Part shown: positions 1 to 9,597 of the stretch, in pieces
Position numbering within the stretch: the stretch's first letter is position 1
Layout of the letters: every line of letters begins with the position of its first letter
Origin: a virus
Length of the DNA stretch: 64,000 nucleotides
Direction: 5' to 3' (one strand)
IMG/VR virus record: IMGVR_UViG_3300016484_000735
Coordinates: 14,418 to 78,417 of that record
Program-made: the position numbers and the translations under genes
The notes under the pieces: model-generated
The model's database searches: none
Told to the model about the DNA's origin: nothing
Seen by the model: only the letters and a program-made list of their open reading frames with translations

Positions 1-2473
1 CTTCGTACCCGATCACAGTCCCGCCAACCGACTGACGGATCTTGCGAACGAAGATCACCCACGAGTCTTCCTTCGTTGCAGCTTGAACGCCGAGCGTCGG
101 AGCATCCGTGCTCATCGAGAACACCTGCGCGTCCTTCATGCCGGACGAGTAGTTCGGCATCTGAGTAGCACCCATGACCTCCCAGTACCCATTGAGGTTC
201 ACGAGCCCGTTGAACGAGCTATTCGAGCGAAGCACGAGGTTCCCAGATGAATCTGTGTCAAGGATGAACGCATCACCTGCAGCGAACGAAGTCGTGCCTT
301 GCGTCACGGTGAACATCGGGGCGGAGACCGAGAACCCAGACGGTTGGATGTCGTACTGCGTGCCGATCGTGCCAGTCGGGAACGTGCCGCGGATGTTCGA
401 GCGAACGGCGAGCGTCAGACCATCAGCCTGAACTTCGATCGTGAACACTTCACCGGCGACCCAGTACGACCCAGTGACCCAGAGCCCGTTCACGAGCGAG
501 ATCGTCCCGTTCCCGATCGCCGACATCGCGCGGTTGTACCGAAGACCGAAGTAGTTCTGCTCAGCGACCGGTTGCAGCCCAGAGCCAACGTCGCCCGGAG
601 GGTACTTGTTCACGCCATCGATCGTACGCGGCAGCGTCGCGTCGTAGATCCGCGAGTCGTCCTCTGGGTACAACCCCGGATCCGGGATCACGCCGAGCAG
701 CGTGCCAGAAGCGTCAAGAACTCGTGAGGTCGGTTCGCCGTACCAGTGCCGGTCGATCAGACCCTGCATCGCGGTCTTCTCCTTCAGCGAGCCATCGCCG
801 GTCGAGAGCACAGCAACGTACGTACCGTCGAGGTCCTTGTACCGGTCACCGCGGTTGTCCTCGATGAACACACGACGCGGAGCCGACACGACACCAGCGA
901 ATGCCGGGTCGGCTGCCGAGATGTGCATCATCGTGTTCAGCACGCCCGAGGTGCTCAGGAGCGGCTCGATCACTTCATCGATCAGGGCTCGTCCAGAAGC
1001 CGAGGTCGTGATCGTGTTCAGACCCATGGTGTACCGCATCACGAGGTCATCACCGAAGAGCTTCACGTTCTCGTACGAACCGGACGCGTCGTTCCAGTCG
1101 ATGTACTTCGGTTGCCCGGCGAACGTGCGGTTCACGACTTTCAGGCGGAGGATCGACGGATCCTTCAGCATGAACGTGTTCGCATCCTGCCCGTTCACGA
1201 TCCGGTTCTGAGCGTAGTACGTCGACGGCGCCGAGCGACGGATGTGCTCGATCGATTCGGTTGCGGATCCGTTCTGCAGGGTGCTCGTGAGCGAGAACGT
1301 ACCAGAGAACGTTTCGGCGTTCCCGATCGTGCTCGTGTACCCAAGCGAGATCTGCTCGTTCGCGATCTTGTTCTTCTGAATCACGATCGAGTCGTTCGCA
1401 GACTGTCGCATCCAGAACCGGAACGAACCAACAGGTGCATCCGAGAAGTCGCCATCACCGAACAGGACCGAGATCGCGTCGTTCTCAAGGGTGTCAACCT
1501 CGAACTTCTTTCGCGTGCTTCGAAGATCGTTGAACACAAGGTTCTGCTCGTTCACGGACTCGACCTGCTTCCAACGTTCGGCGATCGTGCCATCGGCGTT
1601 CAGCTTCTGGACCCAGACGTCTGTGTTGTTCACGTTCGACGGGGTGAACTCGATCTTCCGATCTGGGAGCTGCTGCGTGATCTCGTAGTCGATCCGGTTC
1701 AGCACGCCCTGCTTCGTGAACATCAGGAACCCAGTGTAGTCCGAAGAGTCGCCGATCCCGTCGTTCGCGTACAGAATCGAGAGCGATGAGCTCAGGTCCG
1801 GTTCGCGTTCGAATGGTCCGTTCGAATCGACGTCCGCCGGCACGATTTCCATCGAGTACGTGTTCAGTCCAGTCGAAGCGGTGTACGCGAACACACCGTT
1901 CCGCAGGGTGCCGGTGTTGTTCTTCAGCGAGTACAGGTCGAACACGACATCGCCGATCTGCACGGACTTCGATGGTTGACCGAACCGAGTCGCCAGCATC
2001 CGGTTCATCACGAGGAAGAACTGCTCCTTCCAGTTCGGGTTGTTCGCATCGTTCCAGGTGATCGTGATCCCGGAGAGGTTCACACCACGAGAATCGAGGA
2101 CTCGTTCCGATGTCGAGACGGTGTTCAGCTTCACCAGCCCACGGACCGGAATGTTCCGAGTCGCCTTGTAGCTGATCAGCTTCGCCAGACGAAGGATCGA
2201 CTGCTTCCGTTGAGCGGTCGTGATGAAGTTCTCATGGGCGACCATGTCGACTCGGTACGCGAGCTGCTCGGCGATGTACGCGAACATCTCAAGCATCGCG
2301 ATGAACTCGGACGACTGGATGTAGTCGTCGAACGCCTCTGGGTAGTACGTGCGAGTGTAGTCGATCAGCGACTGGCGGATCGTGTTGAAGTCGTACGAAA
2401 CGAACGAGACGGCCGAGAACGCCTGGTAGATCTTGTCCCAGGTCTCGGCTGAGTACGTGGTGCGAAGTGCCAT
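1..2473 (-). CDS. gp6: Baseplate wedge protein, T4 gp6-like (3' part runs off the window start; missing from ORF track)
   Basis: ATG at 2473; manual translation MALRTTYSAETWDKIYQAFSAVSFVSYDFNTIRQSLIDYTRTYYPEAFDDYIQSSEFIAMLEMFAYIAEQLAYRVDMVAHENFITTAQRKQSILRLAKLISYK matches the gp6/baseplate J N-terminus (DF..I...L, E.F..TA.....I..LAK..SY). TAAATA on - strand at 2498-2503. Confidence 0.85.
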   Translation of the reverse strand, partial: MALRTTYSAETWDKIYQAFSAVSFVSYDFNTIRQSLIDYTRTYYPEAFDDYIQSSEFIAMLEMFAYIAEQLAYRVDMVAHENFITTAQRKQSILRLAKLISYKATRNIPVRGLVKLNTVSTSERVLDSRGVNLSGITITWNDANNPNWKEQFFLVMNRMLATRFGQPSKSVQIGDVVFDLYSLKNNTGTLRNGVFAYTASTGLNTYSMEIVPADVDSNGPFEREPDLSSSLSILYANDGIGDSSDYTGFLMFTKQGVLNRIDYEITQQLPDRKIEFTPSNVNNTDVWVQKLNADGTIAERWKQVESVNEQNLVFNDLRSTRKKFEVDTLENDAISVLFGDGDFSDAPVGSFRFWMRQSANDSIVIQKNKIANEQISLGYTSTIGNAETFSGTFSLTSTLQNGSATESIEHIRRSAPSTYYAQNRIVNGQDANTFMLKDPSILRLKVVNRTFAGQPKYIDWNDASGSYENVKLFGDDLVMRYTMGLNTITTSASGRALIDEVIEPLLSTSGVLNTMMHISAADPAFAGVVSAPRRVFIEDNRGDRYKDLDGTYVAVLSTGDGSLKEKTAMQGLIDRHWYGEPTSRVLDASGTLLGVIPDPGLYPEDDSRIYDATLPRTIDGVNKYPPGDVGSGLQPVAEQNYFGLRYNRAMSAIGNGTISLVNGLWVTGSYWVAGEVFTIEVQADGLTLAVRSNIRGTFPTGTIGTQYDIQPSGFSVSAPMFTVTQGTTSFAAGDAFILDTDSSGNLVLRSNSSFNGLVNLNGYWEVMGATQMPNYSSGMKDAQVFSMSTDAPTLGVQAATKEDSWVIFVRKIRQSVGGTVIGYE

Positions 2474-2526
2474 GAGGAACCTTGTGCTGTGATCCAGTAT
2501 TTACACTTAAGGGCGGATCTAGATTT

Positions 2527-2590
2527 TGTAACGACCTGAAGTTCGTTACAACTTCGACCATCAGAACTCCTGCGACCGTGTTATAGTACA
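2527..2590 (+). promoter_or_regulatory. Early cassette promoter with TGTAACGA-N8-TCGTTACA inverted repeat and TATAGT -10
   Basis: Perfect 8-bp IR 2527-2550; gtgttatagt upstream of ORF 2613. Confidence 0.7.
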
Positions 2591-2612
2591 TCTATCGACG
2601 CTGGAGAGCATC

Positions 2613-2849
2613 ATGAACGGTAAGCAAAAATTCCACAAGCCGAACGGCCCGGCCTTCAACTGCTGGGAACAGTGGCATGCCGCCGATGGTTCTGGTCGTG
2701 TCGTGGAGATCGACTCCGTCGTGAAGTTCGGAAACGAGAAGTTCGACTACGACGTCACGTACACGGACATCGCAACTGGCGAAACGCACACGAAGGACGC
2801 CTGGAACTTCCAAGTGAAATACTTCCACAGCGCCGACAAGAGCCTGTGA
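2613..2849 (+). CDS. Early hypothetical protein
   Basis: ORF track, GGAG RBS, own promoter. Confidence 0.7.
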   Translation: MNGKQKFHKPNGPAFNCWEQWHAADGSGRVVEIDSVVKFGNEKFDYDVTYTDIATGETHTKDAWNFQVKYFHSADKSL

Positions 2850-2917
2850 AGTACTTCACACCAGGACCTTGAGTTCTGGTGTTACAATGCATCATCAACG
2901 TTTTAGGGAGAACGAAG

Positions 2918-3154
2918 ATGGCCTCGAAAATGACCGCCGCTGCTGCGCTGACCTCTGCCACCGTGATCATTCGTGCTGAGCTGCAGAAGTGCGCCCGTGA
3001 AGCTCTCGAGCTGGAGCGGACTGGCGTCCTACCGGTCGGGATGATCCGCGAAGCCCAGCTGATCCTGATGGATGGCGGCCTCCCGAAGGATGTCGCGTTC
3101 AGCATCCTGCGGACCGAAGCGCTGCATGCGATCGCGTTCTCAGCTGAGAACTAA
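2918..3154 (+). CDS. Early hypothetical protein (start moved to MASKMTAA)
   Basis: GGGAG RBS before ATG 2918; TACAAT -10 upstream. Confidence 0.7.
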   Translation: MASKMTAAAALTSATVIIRAELQKCAREALELERTGVLPVGMIREAQLILMDGGLPKDVAFSILRTEALHAIAFSAEN

Positions 3155-3211
3155 TTCACACAAGAACCACGAGTTCTGTGGTATAGTTCAACCATCGTCA
3201 AGGAGAACGGC

Positions 3212-3547
3212 ATGTCGAACACCGCCACCGAAATCGAAGTCCTGGAACAGCGACTCGCCGAACTCAGGAAGCAGAAGGCGCAAGAGGAAAAGGCCGAAGT
3301 CAGCCTCACCCCGGCCCAGAAGATCGCGATCCGTCTGCACGATTCGCTCTGCTACCATGACCACTGCGGCCAATGCGGCTGGTTCTACGAGATCAGCGAC
3401 GGCGTGCACTCCTGGGGCCCTGGCACGACCCACGACGACTGGTGGCGCCGTGCGAACCAGTTCAAGAAGTTCGCCGAGGAACGGGAGATCGACGTCGAAG
3501 TCGGTCTGGGTTTCGTTGATGCCTTGCGGAAGGGGCGGGTGCTGTAA
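3212..3547 (+). CDS. Early hypothetical protein (coiled-coil N-terminus, CxHxxCxxCxW motif)
   Basis: AGGAG RBS; stop TAA embedded in TGTAAC repeat arm. Confidence 0.75.
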   Translation: MSNTATEIEVLEQRLAELRKQKAQEEKAEVSLTPAQKIAIRLHDSLCYHDHCGQCGWFYEISDGVHSWGPGTTHDDWWRRANQFKKFAEEREIDVEVGLGFVDALRKGRVL

Positions 3548-3610
3548 CAAGACGGTGGTCGTTACAACTTCGGCGTGTACAAGTTCTGCGAGCAGGATAT
3601 AGTACTACTC

Positions 3611-3844
3611 ATGAACACGAACACCACCTCCATCGAAGTCATGAAGCTCGTCGTGCTGCACGACGGTTGCTACGTTCGCGACTTCGGCAAGATCGCTTCG
3701 AAGAGCGTCCTCGTGCAGTACCTCGCGAACTCGATCCATCGCGATGGGAAGTTCGAACTCGCGATCGCTCGGATGACCGGTGAACTCGTGTCGTACCGTC
3801 TGCCACTCCCGAACGTCCTCCGTCGGACTCGGGTTCAGTTCTGA
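3611..3844 (+). CDS. Early hypothetical protein, probably leaderless (MNTNTT...)
   Basis: TATAGT 3598-3603, ATG 7 nt later, no SD. Confidence 0.7.
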   Translation: MNTNTTSIEVMKLVVLHDGCYVRDFGKIASKSVLVQYLANSIHRDGKFELAIARMTGELVSYRLPLPNVLRRTRVQF

Positions 3845-3855
3845 AAGGATTCAAG

Positions 3856-4119
3856 ATGCGTTGCCTCGTGTGGTTCTCATACGGTCGTCCTCGTGTGTTC
3901 GCCCTCCCGGACCTCCCGTCGTTCCAGAAAATCGTGATCGCCCTGCGCGCCGGCACCGCTGGCTGGGGCATCGAAGAAAAAGCGTTCGTCGCTCTCGAGA
4001 AAGCGATCCTCGGTGGATCGATGGTCGCCGCCGAGCGTCGAATCACCGAGTTCCTGAAGGAGCACGGTCTGAACGAGCATGAGATGTTCGAGGCGGCGCA
4101 GTTCATCCGCCTCGAGTGA
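3856..4119 (+). CDS. Early hypothetical protein
   Basis: ORF track; AAGGA RBS. Confidence 0.7.
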   Translation: MRCLVWFSYGRPRVFALPDLPSFQKIVIALRAGTAGWGIEEKAFVALEKAILGGSMVAAERRITEFLKEHGLNEHEMFEAAQFIRLE

Positions 4120-4123
4120 TCCA

Positions 4124-4159
4124 GTAACAGGACCCTGTTACGTAACAGGGTCCTGTTAC
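4124..4159. repeat. Perfect 36-bp palindrome made of two GTAAC-N8-GTTAC units
   Basis: gtaacaggaccctgttac|gtaacagggtcctgttac; second half is the exact reverse complement of the first. Confidence 0.95.
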
Positions 4160-4203
4160 AACTTCAGAGTGTACAAGTTCTGCAGGCGGGTTATAGTACA
4201 CAC

Positions 4204-4542
4204 ATGGACACGAACATCACCTTCGCCGAGTGGAAGATCCTGGAAGCCGAGCGTGCTCGGGAACTGAAGATCCTTCCGTTCCCGTCGTTCGAGAAGTTCT
4301 GTGAGGAGACCGGACGCACTGAGTACGAGGTCGTGATCCTCTCGGAAGAGCACGTTCGGTACCACCTGCCGCAGGTCCCGAAGCTCTGCACGAACTTCCT
4401 CTGGGAAGCTCACGACTTCGCCTCGAAGCTCTTCGAGTCCGAAGGTGTCCGCTGTGCCGTGTACCACCTCCGCACCGACGGCTACGTCGGAATCTACGAG
4501 CCGAAGCCGAAGCGGGATCGCCTCGGTCGTTTCTCGAAGTAA
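4204..4542 (+). CDS. Early hypothetical protein, probably leaderless
   Basis: TATAGT 4192-4197, ATG 6 nt later. Confidence 0.7.
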   Translation: MDTNITFAEWKILEAERARELKILPFPSFEKFCEETGRTEYEVVILSEEHVRYHLPQVPKLCTNFLWEAHDFASKLFESEGVRCAVYHLRTDGYVGIYEPKPKRDRLGRFSK

Positions 4543-4552
4543 GGAGATCACC

Positions 4553-4831
4553 ATGTACCTGGAAGCCAAGGATCTGAAGGTCGGTACCACGTACGAGTGC
4601 TTCGAGAACTGCACCCAGTGCCCGACGATCACCCTGATCCGTCCGGACCGAATCGAGATCGGTCGTGACAGAGTGACCCTGGTCGCCGGCGGAACCTCGT
4701 ACGAGTACACGACCTCGTACGGTCGGTTCAAGGAAGTTCCTCGGGAGATCCTCGAGGCGCGAATCCGCGGCCATCAACGGGTCATCGAGTCGGCGAAGCG
4801 GGAGATCGAGTTCCTCGAGTCCCTGCTGTAA
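4553..4831 (+). CDS. Early hypothetical protein (MYLEAKDLKVG...)
   Basis: AAGGAG RBS; stop TAA in TGTAAC arm. Confidence 0.75.
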   Translation: MYLEAKDLKVGTTYECFENCTQCPTITLIRPDRIEIGRDRVTLVAGGTSYEYTTSYGRFKEVPREILEARIRGHQRVIESAKREIEFLESLL

Positions 4832-4919
4832 CAAGTTCCGGCGGTTACAAATCGCCGATGCAGATCCTCGACGACCGTGTTATAGTAACACTATCGTCAA
4901 ACGAACTGGAACTACGAAC

Positions 4920-5267
4920 ATGAGCTCTCGTCTGGACCGTGCCTGGGCCGTTCTCCCCTGCGCCTGCATCTTCGGTGATCGCACTGCGGTCCCGATGATC
5001 GAGATCGCGAACGAATGGCCGGAAGGTCAGGTCCTCGTCGTGAAGGATCTGCGCACCGATCGCCTCCGCTTCTTCTGCTCGTGCGGAGACCTGGGTTACA
5101 AGGTCGGGCACCGTCAGGAAGCGTATCACGACCAGACCCTGAAGATCATCGGCGAGTTCGAGGTCCTGAACGTCGTGAACTACCGCACCGTGGACGGGAA
5201 GCCGGTGATGAACTCGGCGAACTCCGTCGGCCTCGACAAGAAGGCCCCGATTTACTGCTTCAAGTGA
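4920..5267 (+). CDS. Early hypothetical protein (FCSCGD motif)
   Basis: Cassette promoter and conserved leader upstream. Confidence 0.7.
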   Translation: MSSRLDRAWAVLPCACIFGDRTAVPMIEIANEWPEGQVLVVKDLRTDRLRFFCSCGDLGYKVGHRQEAYHDQTLKIIGEFEVLNVVNYRTVDGKPVMNSANSVGLDKKAPIYCFK

Positions 5268-5297
5268 TCCTCCGCTGAACCCTCTCGAAAGACGACC

Positions 5298-5510
5298 ATG
5301 GAACAAATCTCTTCGTACCTGATCACCCTGAACGTCGGTGCCGGCATCGCCCTGATGTGTGCCATGATCACCGGGTACGGCCTGGTCCTGGAGGTCGCGT
5401 CCGGCGACCTGAGCTCCCTGAAAGACCTCCGTTCGATGAACTGGTACCAAGCCGTTCTGGTCCTGGTGTTCCTGAGCTCCCTCGGGATCTTGTTCCTCCG
5501 AGTGGCGTAA
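5298..5510 (+). CDS. Small two-TM membrane protein
   Basis: Two hydrophobic stretches; stop TAA in GTAAC arm. Confidence 0.7.
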   Translation: MEQISSYLITLNVGAGIALMCAMITGYGLVLEVASGDLSSLKDLRSMNWYQAVLVLVFLSSLGILFLRVA

Positions 5511-5598
5511 CAAGTTCTTCGGTCGTTACGACTTCGGGGTGTACATCTTCGGCGACCGTGTTATAGTAACACTATCGTCAAACGAACTGGAGATCGAA

Positions 5599-5934
5599 AT
5601 GGGATTCCGTACCGTCGTCGTTCTGAACAATGACTACGCTCACGAGTGGGAGAACGACCCCGAGCTCGGCAAGAAGATCTTCCTGGCTGCCTCGGCTGCT
5701 CAGTTCGGCCGCGACGAGAGTCAGGCCCGTCGGATCCTGCCGTACGGCCAGGCCATCGAGCAGGTCCATGCGGACTGCCAGACCGTGGCGATCCTGGACG
5801 GGTACGGCGGGAAGGCCGTCGCGTACAGCCACGGCCGTCGTGCGCAGACCGACGAGGAACGAGACCTGGCCTGCCTGAAGGCCCTCGCCGAGAAGCTCGG
5901 GTACCGTGTTTCGAAGAAGCCGGTGAAGGGCTGA
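5599..5934 (+). CDS. Early hypothetical protein (MGFRTVVVL...)
   Basis: GGAG RBS in conserved leader; start moved to 5599. Confidence 0.75.
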   Translation: MGFRTVVVLNNDYAHEWENDPELGKKIFLAASAAQFGRDESQARRILPYGQAIEQVHADCQTVAILDGYGGKAVAYSHGRRAQTDEERDLACLKALAEKLGYRVSKKPVKG

Positions 5935-6036
5935 TCGTTACAACTTCGGAGTGTACAAGTTCTGCGAGCAGGATATAGTATACGAGTTCCACCACGACGA
6001 TGGCCTGAAGGTCCTTCGCATCACCCTGGTTCAGCA

Positions 6037-6336
6037 ATGAAAAACGACTTCCTCGGAAATTCCCTCGAGATCGGCGACCTGGTCGTGGTCCCGGCCCCGC
6101 AGTACCACCACCTCACGATCGCTCGTGTGTACGCGTTCACTCCGAAGGGAGCCCGAGTCGAGTTCCTGAACACCTGGAACTTCGATCCGAAGGATCCGCG
6201 GTACACCCAGTACCTCGCCGCCCCGTCGTACCTCACGAAGATCACGACTCCCACGGAAGCCTCGATCGCCGCGGCCGCCGCTCTGGACGCCGCTCGGGTC
6301 AAGAAGAACCTCCCGCCGATCAGCGAACTCTCGTAA
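6037..6336 (+). CDS. Early hypothetical protein (phage D.LG..L.IGD.V SH3-like motif)
   Basis: MKNDFLGNSLEIGDLVV; stop TAA in GTAAC arm. Confidence 0.7.
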   Translation: MKNDFLGNSLEIGDLVVVPAPQYHHLTIARVYAFTPKGARVEFLNTWNFDPKDPRYTQYLAAPSYLTKITTPTEASIAAAAALDAARVKKNLPPISELS

Positions 6337-6426
6337 CAAGTTCTTCGGACGTTACAATTCTCCGATGTACAAGTTCTGAAGGCGTGTTATAGTACACCTA
6401 TCGACACACGAACTGGAATCACGAAC

Positions 6427-6789
6427 ATGGAACAGATCCGCATCGCCCCCGTCGCCAAGGGTTACTTCGCCTCGATGAAGGTCACCCTGGCCGACATCGC
6501 CCGGAAGCGTCGTGCCGGTATCGCCGTGTTCGCTGAGCGTCACAATCCGGACGGCAGCATCACTCAGGTGTTCCTGATTCCGGAAGGCACCTCGATCAAG
6601 ACCAAGGAAGGCGAGTTCCTGGAGGCCGTGAACCTGAAGACGAAGCGCCCGTACGGCCAGCACCAGGTCCTGGCGAAGCTGAAGTTCTCGATGAAGCGAG
6701 GTTTCCTGGAGATCGACGGGATCGCCCCGGCGACCGCCGCGTACGCCGATGCTCTGGACCTGGAAGCCGTCGCGTTCGAAGTCGCTTGA
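6427..6789 (+). CDS. Early hypothetical protein
   Basis: Cassette promoter and leader upstream. Confidence 0.75.
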   Translation: MEQIRIAPVAKGYFASMKVTLADIARKRRAGIAVFAERHNPDGSITQVFLIPEGTSIKTKEGEFLEAVNLKTKRPYGQHQVLAKLKFSMKRGFLEIDGIAPATAAYADALDLEAVAFEVA

Positions 6790-6819
6790 AGAACAGAGAT
6801 CCTCTGAAGGAGTTACGCA

Positions 6820-7008
6820 ATGAAACACTCTGAGCACGAGTTCAAGGTCGATGACGTCGGTGCCCGCGGTCGCGTCACCGGTGACGAGTGGCTCGCTCTG
6901 TCCGCCGTGTTCGAGACGCTGTTCAGCGAAAGCCAGGCGAGCCAGAAGCCGGCTCTTGATCCTCTGACGATCGAGGTCCTTCAAGAGGACGACGGCGAGA
7001 TCGACTGA
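6820..7008 (+). CDS. Early hypothetical protein
   Basis: AAGGAG RBS. Confidence 0.6.
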   Translation: MKHSEHEFKVDDVGARGRVTGDEWLALSAVFETLFSESQASQKPALDPLTIEVLQEDDGEID

Positions 7009-7154
7009 GACGGAACACCAGTCCCAGGCAGTCCGCTCCCTGGCGGCGAACAGGGCGGCCGGTCGTTACAAGTTCTAGGCGTTACAACTTCGGGGTGTAC
7101 ATTCCACGTCGGCAGGTTATTATTCACCTATCGACAACGAACCGGAACATCGAA

Positions 7155-7439
7155 ATGTCCTTCAAGACCTGGTACAAGAAGCAAGTCACGACCTCGACGA
7201 AGTTCCGGAACACCGTGCTGGTCGTGGCAGCTCCCGTGGTGTACGGTGCCGCGATCGTCGCCTGTGTCTGGCACTGCCTGAAGGACATCGGATCGACGAT
7301 CGTCGACTCGGTCGTTCAGACGAAGAACACCGTGAGCGATGTGAACGCGTACTACCGCGCCGTGTTCTCCACGAAGGCCGGTGAGGAATACACCCCGCCG
7401 GCTGCGAACACCGTTCGTCCCGTTCGTTACGAGGACTGA
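7155..7439 (+). CDS. Early membrane-anchored hypothetical protein (MSFKTWY...)
   Basis: Conserved leader; one hydrophobic segment. Confidence 0.7.
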   Translation: MSFKTWYKKQVTTSTKFRNTVLVVAAPVVYGAAIVACVWHCLKDIGSTIVDSVVQTKNTVSDVNAYYRAVFSTKAGEEYTPPAANTVRPVRYED

Positions 7440-7493
7440 ACCGGTTACAACTTCAGAGTGTACAATCCCTAGGATCAGGTTATAGTACTACTC

Positions 7494-7691
7494 ATGAACA
7501 CGAACACGACCTTCACCACCACGTTCCTGACCCGCCACGATGGCATCGGCACGATTCACCAAGGTGTGATTCGCCGCCTGGAACACGGTGAGAACATCGT
7601 GTACGCCGTGATCGAATCGATCGACGAACGCAAGATGAAGCGTGTCGTCGCCAAGGAACTGAAGATCCTGAAAGCCAAGGAACAAGCATGA
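7494..7691 (+). CDS. Early hypothetical protein, probably leaderless (MNTNTT...)
   Basis: TATAGT 7481-7486, ATG 7 nt later. Confidence 0.7.
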   Translation: MNTNTTFTTTFLTRHDGIGTIHQGVIRRLEHGENIVYAVIESIDERKMKRVVAKELKILKAKEQA

Positions 7692-8071
7692 AGCCCCTGA
7701 AATTCTACTCCGGTGCCGATCTGCCCACCGCGAACCCTCGTGACTTCGACACCGTGTACGTGTACCGTCAAGGCATCGTTGAGTTCACCGGCACTCGGGA
7801 CGAGCACGAGCAGTTCGTGAGTGCGAACCCGGGCTCGAAGGACTGGGTCACCGAGTACGTTCGCGACGAGGATGCCCTGAAGGCAGCTCGTCAGAAGTAC
7901 ACGAAGGATCGTGCGACCCGGGCGGCCCAGTTCCTGAACGACCTCTCTCAAGAGAACGGCCTGCCGGTTTCGAAGATCTCGAAGATCCTGGAGCTGGCCG
8001 CGAATCTTGATCTGGACCCAGAACAGAAGGTCGAACTCGTCGAAGGGTTCGCGAAGATCTTCCGGAGCTGA
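7688..8071 (+). CDS. Early hypothetical protein
   Basis: ATGA overlap with upstream stop. Confidence 0.7.
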   Translation: MKPLKFYSGADLPTANPRDFDTVYVYRQGIVEFTGTRDEHEQFVSANPGSKDWVTEYVRDEDALKAARQKYTKDRATRAAQFLNDLSQENGLPVSKISKILELAANLDLDPEQKVELVEGFAKIFRS

Positions 8072-8073
8072 AC

Positions 8074-8244
8074 ATGAACGTGATCTTCCTGACCGAAGAC
8101 CGGATGCCGGAGACGATCTGGGTCGCCGCACCGGAAGTCGGTGATGTCCTGTCGATTCCGAACGATGGCGACGACGAACTGCAGTCGTACGTGATCGATT
8201 CGGTGAACCTCCCTCTGAACACCGTGTACGTGAGGAACCTCTGA
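8074..8244 (+). CDS. Small hypothetical protein, 56 aa, missing from ORF track (MNVIFLTEDRMPETIWVAAPEVGDVL...)
   Basis: Fills the gap exactly; TGA overlaps ATG of the next gene; phage-like codon use. Confidence 0.65.
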   Translation: MNVIFLTEDRMPETIWVAAPEVGDVLSIPNDGDDELQSYVIDSVNLPLNTVYVRNL

Positions 8245-8597
8245 TGAGCCCGACTCCGTCTGAAGTCACTTCCCTGGCCGTGAGCCTGAACCTGAAGATC
8301 GACGAGGTCCTGAAAGCGTTCGAGTTCGAGAAGGTCCGAAAGGTCATGGAATTCCTGGACTGGAAGTGGTCCACGAACTCCGGTTACCAGACTCCGGACG
8401 TCGCCGAACTCCGGAGAACGGCTCGACGTCTCCTGAACTCCACCGTGGAAAGGTGGTTCTTGCAGGGTCGTCCGGCGAGCGGGATGACGGTATCGACCGG
8501 TGGCCTCGTCGCCGAGATCGTCCTGTTCGCCGCCGACGAAGACCGCATGAATCCCAAGGTGGTCCTGACGTTCTACGTCGATCAGCGCGATGCCTGA
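8244..8597 (+). CDS. Early hypothetical protein (F.FEKV.KVM..L.W.W type phage family)
   Basis: Translationally coupled ORF. Confidence 0.7.
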   Translation: MSPTPSEVTSLAVSLNLKIDEVLKAFEFEKVRKVMEFLDWKWSTNSGYQTPDVAELRRTARRLLNSTVERWFLQGRPASGMTVSTGGLVAEIVLFAADEDRMNPKVVLTFYVDQRDA

Positions 8598-8607
8598 AGG
8601 AAACATC

Positions 8608-9075
8608 ATGATCCGCACCCTGTTCCTGATCCTCCTGTCCCTGTTCTCGCTGCCGTCGTTCGCCGGTATCAGTGATGCCGTGAACCTCACGATGTGCGCC
8701 GTCTCGTTCGATGCCGGTGATCCTCGTCGGGTGCAGTTCGCTCAGCGGGCATTCGACGCGATGCCGACCGACGTGTACGCTCAGAACCCGACGCTGCTCC
8801 CGGTCGGTGCCGATCCGAAGACCGCGGCGTACACGGCAGCCGTCGGGGCGAGCCGTCTGGAACTCGAGGAACGAACGGTGCAGTTCCTGAACGTGGAGGC
8901 GAACAAGAGGATCCGTTCGTTCGAGGCGTACAGCACCCTGCTCATGATCTCGAAGAAGGGTGCCTGGATCGTCGCGTACTCCCGGGCCGCCGGTGTCTCG
9001 CCGGCCGAGGCTGAACGAACCTGGGCTGATGGTGAACTCGCCGTTCGTCGTCAGTTCCAGCTGAACTGCAAGTGA
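8608..9075 (+). CDS. Exported hypothetical protein with signal peptide
   Basis: MIRTLFLILLSLFSLPSFA-G signal-peptide pattern. Confidence 0.7.
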   Translation: MIRTLFLILLSLFSLPSFAGISDAVNLTMCAVSFDAGDPRRVQFAQRAFDAMPTDVYAQNPTLLPVGADPKTAAYTAAVGASRLELEERTVQFLNVEANKRIRSFEAYSTLLMISKKGAWIVAYSRAAGVSPAEAERTWADGELAVRRQFQLNCK

Positions 9076-9144
9076 TCTGTGACGTAGTTCACACACGTTC
9101 TCGAAGTTCTGGTGTACAATGTTTCATCGTTACGGGAGAACACT

Positions 9145-9357
9145 ATGGCACTGTCGTTCGTCTCTTTCGTCCTGAAGAACGTCGTGATGCAGAACCTCGT
9201 GGTTCTGTGGATCCTGCTCACGGCGATCCTGTTCCTGGCCCTGGGCCGCGGTGAGACCCTCACGATCAGCGTACTGTTCGCGATGTACCTCAGCGGGGCG
9301 GTGTGTTCCGCTCTGGGCCTGACGAAGCTGTTCATCCGGTGCCTGATGCCAGAGTAA
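9145..9357 (+). CDS. Small multi-TM membrane protein
   Basis: GGGAG RBS; hydrophobic; TACAAT -10 upstream. Confidence 0.65.
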   Translation: MALSFVSFVLKNVVMQNLVVLWILLTAILFLALGRGETLTISVLFAMYLSGAVCSALGLTKLFIRCLMPE

Positions 9358-9411
9358 AAATTCCGAAAGTTTCCGTGCCTGGGCTCGAAGTTCCGGTGTA
9401 TAATGGATCTC

Positions 9412-9594
9412 ATGAACATCCTGAAGTCCTGCCCGGTTCTGTCGTTCATCGCGATCGTCCTGATCTCGACGTTCCTGACCTCGCTGTCCGTGAACCCGGA
9501 AGCCGGTGCCGCCGTGTTCGTGATCGAAGTCATGCTGTCCCTGATCGGCACGATCACGATGATGTTCGTCTCCCTGCTGACCTCGAAGAGCTAA
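9412..9594 (+). CDS. Small two-TM membrane protein, probably leaderless
   Basis: TATAAT 9399-9404, ATG 7 nt later. Confidence 0.65.
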   Translation: MNILKSCPVLSFIAIVLISTFLTSLSVNPEAGAAVFVIEVMLSLIGTITMMFVSLLTSKS

Positions 9595-9597
9595 GCC

